Source of the DNA: Lytechinus pictus
Lineage: Eukaryota
DNA length: 64,000 bases
Direction of reading: 5' to 3'
Assembly (NCBI RefSeq): GCF_037042905.1
Contig: NC_087252.1
Span: 18,292,001 to 18,356,000 of the forward strand
The translations under genes and the position numbers were made by a program. Below, piece after piece: positions 45,923-57,800 of this stretch; position 1 is the stretch's first letter, and the number at the start of each line of letters is the position of its first letter. The notes beneath the pieces are model-generated. The model was given only the letters and a program-made list of their open reading frames with translations, searched no databases and was not told where the DNA came from.

Positions 45923-48900
45923 GTAATATATTCCTCTTTTCTTCATATTTTCAAACAACTCAATTTGGTTGGGTTCCCCTTCAAAAATTTTCTGAAATTC
46001 ATTTTCTTCTTAGATCTTTCGTTGAAGGATTCTATCATGAATCTCATTTCACCTCTCCTATGTTTATCTACTGTACACCATGATGTGGAATACCTAAGTA
46101 GTTTGTATCAAGCAAATTGTAACATTCATAATAACGAAACACACGAGCCATTTGATTTTGTTGAAATGATACATTACACTTTATTACATTATATTACATT
46201 GTAATATATACAAATATTACTTTCTATGCATTTTCTAATCGCAAGGAAATCCATCATTTACACGCAGCTCTAATTTGGTATAAATAATTAATTTAAAAGC
46301 AATGTACAAATTGAATTCATACATGTAGCAAATGGTGCATTCTCATGAAAAAAAAAAACACAATTGTATGCACCGAGTAATACATGTAGAACAAAACAAA
46401 ATTACATGTAAGCATATTCATAAAAAATTGAGATAAGGCAAAGAACCTTCAGAAAACGCCAGAGCACACTGGCAGAAAAAAAAATTGAGTAACGCTTTAG
46501 GTACACAACTTTCACAAGATCAAAATCAATCTTTCTTTTGATCCTCAAATTGGCTATCATCTTTAATTTTCCAGTCACCCCCCCCCCCCCCCATAAGGAC
46601 TTTAAAAATTGTTGTTTTTCTCATCCGACCAACTAAAATTTGAAAAAACAGGGTCGCTATTATTTTTTCCTTTTATTTCTTTTAGCAGACCCAAAATATA
46701 CAAATGCAATGTTTTTGTGAGAAAATGCCAGATGTGGGTGAAATATCTGTTTAAATTTGTATTCAATGGCTGGAAAAGCACTTAGTTATGTGTTTTGACC
46801 TGTTTGACTGCATAAATAAATCATCCCATATGTGATTTTCTTTGTGCAGTGCAGGAGTGAAGTTATTACAAAAATAACAAGAAAATCGAATTTGCTTTCT
46901 GGTTTTGGGCTTACATGTATGAGGGCAACATGACAAATAGTTTTTTCAAGGCCTGATGAGGAAAAAAAAATAAAAAGAGGGAGAAAATGAAAGATAGAAG
47001 GGACACGAGTATAAAAATGAGAGATAGGAGTCGTCTAACTCTATATTATCCCCGTTATTAAACCGAGAAATAGATGACGTCACTTAGAAGTCATCTTTAT
47101 CCCCAAAAGAAATGTGTCTCCAGTGTCTTAAAGTTCAAGGTATTTGTGCAAGTATTAAATGCTTGTTGACAACTTAATTGGGTTTTTCCAGACATATAAA
47201 CAACACACAAGTTTGTGAATAGGATATGCAAATATAATAAGCATTTTGAGCAACATAAATTATTGGTCCAATAGTTCACTAGCGAATACAAAGTTTTATA
47301 CATGGAATAAACAATTAAATCTGCCACCTGAATGAGTACAATGGTATTGCTGTGCAAGAAGGAAGGAAGAGCATAATTCTATATAGCTATACATCAATAC
47401 CATATTCTGTGTAATACTTTCACTCACTTCTGACTTTTGTCTGGTAAATTCATCCTGATGCTGTGTACAAAGAGGTTCTGTTGTTTTTTTTCCATTCTGG
47501 AATTTCTGGATCATAACCTAAATTTAGGTGGTGTTTCCTTATCAAGCTGTGCATAAATTCTGGATGAGTTTACGCATGGCTGCTGACCCTTTCTTTAGTG
47601 TTATCGGTACATCAGACTCACAGTCATCTGGTGGGTGTTTCATAAAGCTGTTTGCATGAGTGCCTATACGGACGGAATGGTGACCCTTTCTTGTCCAACA
47701 TGATAATCCCTATGTTCATGTAAGTTACCACCTAAAAACATGGTCCTGTCGTTTGTAAAGTCATGAGCTTCATGAAACACCCACCAAATTCCACCAGCTC
47801 CAGATGACATCCGACTAATGTTTGCATCTGAATGAAAAGTTTACGATATCTCAAAATTATTTGACTGCAGGAGATTCACTCCCACTCGGAACATGGAGCT
47901 TGGGTATGTCACAAGTACGGGCAACCAGGGTCCCGTAGGTTAGCGATTGATTGCACGCTTGATTTTTACAATTGATTGTACATTGTAGTCAGTGGAATCA
48001 ATCGTAGAAATATGTTCTACGATCATTGCTAATTTTTGTGTTACGGGCCACATGTGGGTGTTTCACACATCTGCCTGTACAGTTACTTACAGATGACATT
48101 ACTACGGGCGTAAATTAATGAAATCATGCTATTCAAGTAAGGGGGATGACACAATAGTTCATCCCCTGCCCCCCCTCCCCCGAACAATAGATTTACTGCT
48201 TGAATTTACACCAATGGACATTCCGCACGACTGGAACATGTTCTGAGGTGCTCGGACAGCTAAGAATATATAATTTATCTTGAGAGAGGGCCACCAGTCG
48301 TGCGTAAAGTCACACATGTACATAACTTACAAACAGCTTATGAAACAGCCTCCTTCAACAAGTAGGACAGAGGCTATGCGTACCTTATGAACATCGTTGT
48401 AAAACACAATCCTGAGTATTGCTAGTGAGCGGGTGGGTGTTTCATAAAGCTGTTCGTAGGTTAGGAGCGACTTAAAGAACGACTGGTGAACCTTTCTTAT
48501 GCGCTAAATAATCACCAACAAACATTTAATGGTGAATATCATTTACCACAAGAAAGGATCACCCATGTGACCTACAATCAGGTACCTACATGTAATAGAG
48601 AGAAGGCCAAGATAAGCGGTTCCCAAATCAAGATTTGCAACACCACACAATGGCTGTCTAAAAAATACTGATGCTGGCTCCAAAGTTTTGGAGGTATCCA
48701 GTCCACAGTATTGGACTGACAGACAAATATGACATAGCATTGAGGCTCAAAATTCTAGTATGTAACAATCAACATGTCATAAGGTTTGTCCTACATTCCT
48801 GCAAGGATTTCACACAAGGTTATCTAGGGGAAATTCTGGATGGAAATGAACACTGCCATGTTGAGAAAGAAGAGAGTTCAATATTGCTACAATGTGCTTC

Positions 48901-49069
48901 GGAAAAGTGCAATTATCACCATGATGTCATATTCCCTCATTTCACTGTTCTGAGAGATTGTCATTCTCCAATTTTTTGACGAAGCAAATAATGAGGACAT
49001 TGGTGATGTGATATTCAGCTCTCGAGGGAAGTCTTGAATGTCCTCTCGAGGATGTGCCAAAGCCATAGG

Positions 49070-49770
49070 TTCACCAAAAGACCATTCCTACAGCTCCTAC
49101 TGCTCAACAGTTGATATCCTCATATTGTCCGAAGCCATGGCATCACTACTGGCATGCCTTAATTCAGGTTGTTGACATTCCTCGCCTAGTTCTGCAGACC
49201 ATTCCTACTGCTATGCAGTTGATATCGTCAGTGTTCTGAACCAGGTCATCACTGCTGGCACGACTTAACTTACTTTGTCGACATTTCTTGACTAGTTTAT
49301 TGAGTTCTGCAGACCATTTCTACTGCTAAGCAGTTGAAATCGTCAGTGTTCTGAACCAGGTCATTACTGCTGGCATAACTTGACTTAGTTTGTCTACATT
49401 CCTTGACTAGTTTATTGAGTCTCGCAGACCATTCCTACTGCTATGCAGCTTATATCGTCACAGTGTTCTGCACCAAGCCATCACTGCTGGCATGACTTGA
49501 CTTAGTTGGTTGGTTGACAATCCTTGACTAGTTTAATGAGTTCCACTGCCAAGTATCCTTCAGGCTCCAAAGATCACAGATAAAAAGCCATTAAAGTTCA
49601 CCAAAAGACCATTCCTACTGCTATGCAGTTGATATCGTAACAATGTTTTGCACCAGGTCATCACTGCTGGCATGACTTAACTTAGTTTGTCGACATTCGT
49701 TGACTAGTTTATTGAGTTCTGCTGCCGAGTATCCCATAAGGCTCCTAAGATCACAGACAAATTTGTAGAC
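49070..49770 (-). repeat. Diverged ~120-180-bp tandem copies of the GABPA C-terminal coding segment and stop, in the 3' UTR
   Basis: GACCATTCCTACTGCTATGCAGTTGATATCGT...TCACTGCTGGCATGACTT...GACTAGTTTATTGAGTT recurs five times, including the functional copy. Confidence 0.88.
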
Positions 49771-49819
49771 AAACCTCTGACCATGGACCTTGGCTATCAT
49801 GTCACCATCGTAGTAATAT
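49621..49819 (-). CDS. GABPA: GABPA terminal coding exon (end of ETS domain and GABPB-binding helix)
   Basis: [42 protein letters not shown]...ISTA, TAG at 49623-49621. Confidence 0.93.
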
Positions 49820-51808
49820 CTAGAGAGGGAAAGAGAGAAGACATACCCTCATACAATATACAAATAGCGAATAGGCATGAGTGCGATGGTGCGAGGTTTT
49901 GCATGAGGTGAAAGAAAGATGCTCTATTCAACGAGGCGAGAGCCGAGTTGAATAGAGCGTCTCTTTCTTTCACCGAATGCGAAATTTCGCACCATTGCAC
50001 GAATAAGAATATTCGCTATTTGTGTTGTACAACGCCTCGGAATTTAGCGAAAAAAAAAACAACAACCACAGTATTCCCTGCAGTAATCTACGAAAAGGAA
50101 GCAAAAATATTGAAAGCGAAAAGTAAAATCCCACAAGCGCACATGTCCTTGGGCAGCATTGCGCATTTAGCCAGCAGGCTATACGCGTATTTCACCTTCA
50201 TTTTTACTGCGCAATGAATTAAATCGTATTGTGACGTCACCTCCTAAGGCCGTGCAACGGTACATTTTGGATGGTACGTCTTGTGTGCAACGGTACGAAT
50301 GTTTGACATTCAGCCTCCCATTTGCTCGCGTACAACAAGCTAAGTAGGCGTTGTACAACATGGTATTATCTCTTCTCTTACACCCACTGATTTAAAAATG
50401 TACTCTTTATTGTAGATCTGCCTACCTGTAGTGATTAAGCAAGAAAATGATCATTTTGAAAATGTGGTATTGCAAATTCATAGACATCTGAAATAAGTCT
50501 TACAGAATTTGTTTCCAACTATAAGCATTTCGGATGGATTATTTTGACATCAGAAATGGAAGTAAATGTAGAGCTGAATCCAGGTTAGAATCTAATGGGC
50601 AACCGTAACTCAAGACAGCTCCACTGCGGTAGGTTCAGACCTGCCAACCTGGGAATGAAAAACTGTATTCTGTGACAAAAAAACTGTATTTTCCCCAAAA
50701 AAAGTGTATACATATTCTGGTTCTGGAATTGTGGATGGCTTACTGAGTTCATTTTGGAAACTGGGACGAGCCATGATCTTGATATTAAAGAAAACTGACA
50801 TTTTTGAAGGACATGACTCTCCCCAACAACACGAGGGATACATTTACTGCAAAATCGTATACATCTTGATGAATAACTGAACAAAAACATAAACTGCCTT
50901 TCACAATAATCAATGTCTACCACCGTATTTTATTGTATTGATATTCTGTCAAATACAGAAAACGACAACCATATGTATATACAAAGATCGTCATATCAGT
51001 AAAAATGGATGGCTTACTCAGTGTAGACAACATACAGCAATGTTTTACAGAGGGGTCCCTAAATAACCATCACCAGATAAATATTCTCTCTCTCTTTTTT
51101 TTTACCTTAATGCTCTGCTGAGCTTCTCATAGTTCATGGACGGTTTGTTCTTCCTCTCTCCCCACTTCTGAGCGACACGCTCCGGATCGTTGAGTCTGAA
51201 CTCCCCGTCGGCCCCAACCCATGAGATGCAATCCATGGCGTCCTTGTCTGTCAACAGCTCTAATAAGAACTGCCACAGCTGAATCTGACCATTGTTACCT
51301 AGAAACGAAAAAGCACAAGTACATAGACATGTCACGGCTCTGTGGATCAGTCTCCGGACTTTGAAACATACCTAAAAGCAGAATGCATATGTAGGGGGGT
51401 TATGGCTCAGTGGATTTGTCTCCGGACTTTGTACCACAAGGTCGGGGGTTCGCATCCCACCAAAGCACTTCACTTGCCATTCAGATCGTGATGAACTGGG
51501 CAGTCTTATATTGAAATAATAATTAATGTATTCATTATAAAGGGCAGAGTTATAATAATCCTTTTGCGAGATGGATTTTACAAGGATTTTAAAAAATATT
51601 TTGAAATCAAGTACTATGTATCATTCCATGTTTATAACCACTGGAAGTGGTGCAGAAGGTTTGTTGTCACAGTTATTCAGTTAACTGCTTCTGCCCCTGG
51701 CATTCCAGAGGTGAATTTATATTGTGTTGATAATTCTTGGTCTTAGATAGATAGATAGAAAAATAGGCAGACAGATAGAAAGATAGGCAGATAGATAGAT
51801 AGATAGAA

Positions 51809-51879
<71 letters not shown>

Positions 51880-54800
51880 TAGATATATAGATAGACAAAT
51901 AGATAGATAGAAAGATAGATAGATAGACAGACAGACAAACAGATAGATAGATAAACAGAAAGATAGATAGATAGAAAGATAGATAGATAGAAAGATAGAT
52001 AGATAGATAGAAAGATAGGCAGATAGATAGACAGACAGATAGATAGATAGATAGATAGATAAACAATAAATAAAACAGCAACTACAACTAAAACCAATAA
52101 AAGTACTACTACTAATAATAACAGCAATAATGGTGAAACAAATGTAAATTTGGAAACCATATGAACAGGGGATCCTACCTGTCCTGTTTCCAGGTGAGAA
52201 TTTGTCGTCTGTACTGCTACTTCTCGATACCGCACGAGGGCGCTTTGATGCGGGTGTTTTGGCAGGAAGGGAACCGTTTACCGTTTCAGTGACAGATTCT
52301 GAGTGAAAATACCAGTGACATTGATTTTAGACAGAGCATGCTCATCACTATTATATGGTCACTATGAACATAATCTCATATCAGTGAAGCACAGAATAAA
52401 TATCAAGACCAACACAAAGATTAAAGATGTCATTTATTTGGCTTACCTCCAAAATCTATTCAACCAAAGGAATCTATCTGACATAGCAGCATAAATTTGA
52501 CTTAGTAAAAGATGGAAATAGCACTGTACATGCATGCTCAAGTAAGTAATTCATTACTTAAAACAATGAATTTATGTAATTTACGTCATGTATCTAAAAA
52601 AACATTTTGAACAAACATGCATTTTAGATGTTGATGTTGCTGGCCGTCCATAGTTGTGATTGATCGGATCAATCGCAACTACATGGAGATCTACAATGGA
52701 ATGGTGACAATCACTGATTTTCAAGACTTTCTCATGAACTCATGGATTGCTAGCTGCTACATTATTTCAGCTTTAAAGATATAAAGGATGGTTCAACGTA
52801 CCTTCCGCTGCAATAGCCATCGATGTAGATCCACACTGATCAACAGCTGAATAATAAAAGAAAATCAAACAAAATGAACACATCTATATGCTAAGATTCA
52901 ATTCAATTCTTTATTCCATTTCCATTCAAAACATAATACAAAGTAATATAAAGTAATACAAATCAAGTACAATTTTACAGATGAGCATTCTTACTTCGTA
53001 AAACAAAAAACAGTATAATATTGAGCATAAATGGAAATGAGAGGGGTCCACTAAAAAACAAAGCTTGTAAAGTGTGGATCCCCCTTTGAAATGAAGAAAA
53101 TATAATCGACTTATTCATATATTTTACAGATGAGCATTCTTACTTCGTAAAACAAAAAACAGTATAATATTGAGCATAAATGGAAATGAGGGGGGTCCAC
53201 TAAAAAAGCAAAGCTTGTAAAGTGTGGATCCCCCTTGGAAATGAAGAAAATATAATCGACTTATTCATATATGCGTATATATACAGGAAAGGAAAAAGAG
53301 AAAAATTGGGTAAGCATTTTCAAGGGGGGGGGGGCACTGCCTCAATATTGGTATACACATGTATGACCACAAAAATGCTTAAAGAGGGTACTTGAGTGCC
53401 GGTGGTAGTGGGTGGGGGGGAGGGTCAAGACTCACAAAGCAAGTAATAAAATAAATAATACCTCTTTACGGGGGGGGGGGGGACTGCCTCAATATTGGTA
53501 TACACATGTATGAACACAAAAATGCTTAAAAAGGGTACTTGAGTGCCGGTGGTAGTGGGGGGGGGGGGGTCAAGATATCTCTTTACGAAAGAGGAAAATA
53601 TTGATGGAAAAGGCTATATTTGTGGAGCTAACTCATTCAAAGTCAATTCAAACTATCGTTCCCCACAATATATTTGTCCTGATTTTTGTGTGATTCCTTG
53701 ATTATGGGTATGTTATGAGTATGACTATCAATATCTGGGAGAAATCTATGATTGAAGCACTGGATAGGACAATACATATATTTGACAAATCAAAATGCAT
53801 CAAAGGGTATTTTTTTACATAGGTAGCACATCTCCAGTGATATATCTAAGTGGCCCAAGGCCCATGATATTGAGAGAATGGACAATATCCACTAATATAC
53901 TAAAGCTTCATTCCTAAATAATGAGCATGCATATCGTAAAGTGGGATGAGAATGTCAAAACAATACTTTGTAAGTGATTATATCAGAGCAATTTTCCCCA
54001 AATTTTCCCATTCATAATAAAAACTTCTTGAGTTCTTTTTTTTTATTAGAATTAAATTGGGCAAGGGAAAGTTGGACATAAATATATGGCATTGCCCTCT
54101 TTTAAAGGAAGGAAAGTAATAATCCAATGTCCAATTGCAGAATGTTTCAACTTTTGGGTTTCTATATCCCTCTTGAATTAAAAATTTATGTTCTTAACTG
54201 TAGAGGAGGTACGGTTATAACTTATCTTTACCCATAATTCATCCATATAGTTTTATATTATCTATATCAAATATTTTTTGATCGCTCATGTTGCATGCTA
54301 CACCCCTTTATATTACAAGTACTTTATTATTATATTAAAGGATTGGTATAAATAGACTACGTTATCAGATAATTTTCGTCACTTTATAAAGAGTTGCAGC
54401 GGCACTCGAAAGCTCGTGAACTTGTAAGCTAGTGAACACTTTTTGCGAGAGTGATCACAAATTTCATTGTTGACCATAGTAGATTGCGAGACAAATGAAT
54501 ACCCTCTAGCGAATACTTTATTATTGTTTAGTATTTAATAGATATTGAAAATCAACCATTGGAATTGGAACAGGAGGCTTCATGCCACAGTAATTCAGTT
54601 AAATCTTTCTGCCCTTGGTGTTTCAATGGTTGATATCTTTTATTTTGTATTGTTTATACTGAAATGTATTTTTTGTATTATTTGCCGAATAAATAATAAT
54701 AATAATAACTCACTACTCCTCATAAGCTCTAGATGAGTCCAGAACAGATCGGCAGATTCTTTGGGGAACAGATCGCAGAATTCTTTCTTCGTAAGACAGC

Positions 54801-57800
54801 ACATCTTATTCCCCGTCATGATGATGTTTTTAACATGATCTGCAGATTCGGTAGCGAACTCTCCTGCTGCCCATAATAACCAGTGTAATGTTTGGTCTTC
54901 AGTCCATAGTTGTGGATCTAGATTTATACATTTAAAAAAATGAAAAGATGAGTGGAAAAAGAGCGTAACAGTGATGTATTTAACGGTTCCATGACATTTG
55001 CTTCGGAGACCATTGCTCCGCTGTAAATTCTGCACACTAATGGAATTTCCAACTTCAACTCTTGATTTACCACTATACCCTATCCTAAACCTAACCATAA
55101 ACCTTGCATAAAACCCTATTGCAACCCTAACCCTAACCTTGTATCTCAGACAAAATACAGCCTGGAGCAATTGTTTCAATTGTCGCCGGAGCAAATGTCG
55201 CGTCACAGTTTTTAACATGATCTCGGCCCTGAAACATGAAACCTAGCAATTGATCGTGGGACTGATTTGCAAGAGATCATCCACAATAATAAATTTATAC
55301 AATCAATCGTAGAAATCAATCCCACAATCCATTGCCCACAGAACTTACCAATGCTATGATTGTCACTGTATTTTTACTGTTCAATTTTGAGGGGGCCTGA
55401 AAAATTGTGTTTTCCAGGAAATTCTGTAAACTCTGCATTCTTCCCAAATCCCTATTGCAGAAAACTGGGGACTCAGATTCTATCCTATCCTATTTTGAAT
55501 CCTTAAATCAAATTTTTCTTTAAAATTTTGAAAAACATTTAAAAAAAAATCATCATTCTTACAAGTATAAATATCCCATTTCTTGAGGGGAAAATTATAT
55601 TTAGTGTCACTTTCCCATCAAAATTCCTACTAAATAGGATAACAATAATAATAATTGGATAATACCAATCTATAACTGCTCAAAGTGCTTCACAATTATT
55701 ACTACCCGGTCACTGGATTCATAGCTTTTTAAGCAGCCTGTTTGGCGCACACTTCCTAAACCAAGGACAATGACGGTTGTTTCCTACCAGTACCCAGTTA
55801 GCACCTGGGTGGAGAGTGGCAAAGTGTAGATTGACGCCTTGCCATAAGGACACTAAGCCATGGTGGGATTCGAACTGACAGAGTCAGAACCGGTACACCA
55901 CGAAGCTTCCAGAAAAGCCTACCAATTGGCAGATCTGGGCGCCGTCTTACAAAGAGTTACCATTGATCCAATCAACTCTATGGAAATCCATCAATGCCAT
56001 ATTTTTTCTGCAGGAAATTTGCGAAATGTCCTTTGTAAACAATGGAGAACACACCAAGTTGTCCAGAAATCAATGAATTTATGGATATACATTCATATCT
56101 AGAAAATCTTTTGAACAAACATGCATTTTATATGTTGACTTTGCTGGATTTCCATAGTTGCGATTGATCGGATCAATCGCAACTCTTTGCAAGACAGGCC
56201 CCTGATAACAGGTTTGTAATCCAAATCTCTTACCATAAGGGATATTGAACTTATCCTGTTCATCTCTATAGTTACTGCAAACGATCCATCTCGTCACCTG
56301 TTCTTCTTCTACTTCGTCCCCTACAGCGCCCTCTACCAGCTTCAGGCTGTCATCATCCATGCTCTCGACTGGTACTATAAAGGCATTGAAAAAAAAATCA
56401 GAACATAGCAATAAATCCAACCAGTTTAGACAAAAAGGATAAATAGTTCCCCCCCCCCCAAAAAAAAAAAAAGCAAACACTATTAATGACTTGGTCTATC
56501 AAAATTAAACTACTAACACAGGTTTGGTAGTAGGGCAAGACTAGCAAAATTTAAATGCATAAAAATACTTATGTACATGTATATACCCATAATACATCAG
56601 TGAAAATGAAAGGGAACATTTCTGTTACCTATCTTCTCATGTCTGCACCCAACTCTGCCAAACTTTGCATGTGGCAATATGAAGCAGCAACAAACTGCAC
56701 TAGTATGCTGTACATAAGGAGATTGCATGGGGAATGATATCACCTTCAATTTGGTATGGTTTGATATTTCATGACAAAAAAAACGTATGTATAAAAGTTA
56801 AGGAAATTTGCAATTTCATAAAAGTGTCAACCCCTTTTTACACCCCCCCCCCCCCTCCTTTTATTATCACACAAAAACAGACTACTCTCTATAATATCAA
56901 AGATATAAGCAATTCCGTAAAATAACTGAAGGTCCGACCCACAGGTTCCTCAACTTTCAATTCACTTCATCAGCTGCCCAAGACATGATCATTTGAGGGC
57001 ATTACGATTTTACATAAGAGCTAGAAAACATGGACAATTATTGAAAGGCCCAACATAAAGGGGGACAGGCAGAATCTCCCTAATGGAGATCTTTCAGAAG
57101 AACGTGGACAAAAATTAGATTTTTTTTTTCTTCACCTTCTGCAATCATGGGTACCTCCACAGTTTCAATGATTGGTTTCACAATGTCAACGATGTTTAAC
57201 CGAGGCTTCACTCCTAGAAATAGAGAAGAGAAAATATTTGAGATTAGAGCATTTCGGAAGAGTCTCAAGGGATGGCAAAGAGAAGAGTTTCATTGAACTT
57301 GTTACATGTATCACTCTTTACGTTAATGTGACAAATGAGCATAGGTGTTGTGAGCATGTCAGTTGCTTGAGTGGGCAAACTGTAAAGATTAGAGAATGAT
57401 AGCCTTTTTCAAATTGATATCAAACCAAATGAAACTGGTCCCCAAACTAGACTTTTAAAAAACAACTATCAAACTCCATTACAATGATTTCATGACGATG
57501 GTGATAATGATATTGATATGGAGAAAGAATACATATATATATTTTGGGTTTCATAACATACTTTTAACGGAATTTACAATTCATATTCCTGGTGCAAAAT
57601 ACCTAAGCTAATGACACAATCCTTCGAACAGTGCCCCCTCACCTACACTAACCAAATCATAATAAAGAATAGGCAATTATATAGCACCCATATAGAAATT
57701 CTCTAATCCGAGGTAAAATATGGGAACTGTTGCTGCACTAGCACCATGACAGACATGCCAACCATTACCTTTTTAGAGTATTTGTTCCTCTTTTTTACTA

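Noticed and set aside
42546..49000. Peptide deformylase (PDF) gene, which adjoins or overlaps the COG8 3' end in vertebrates
   Set aside because: No ORF or exon with PDF motifs (EGCLS, HExxH) was seen here. A tblastn search would be needed to exclude small exons.
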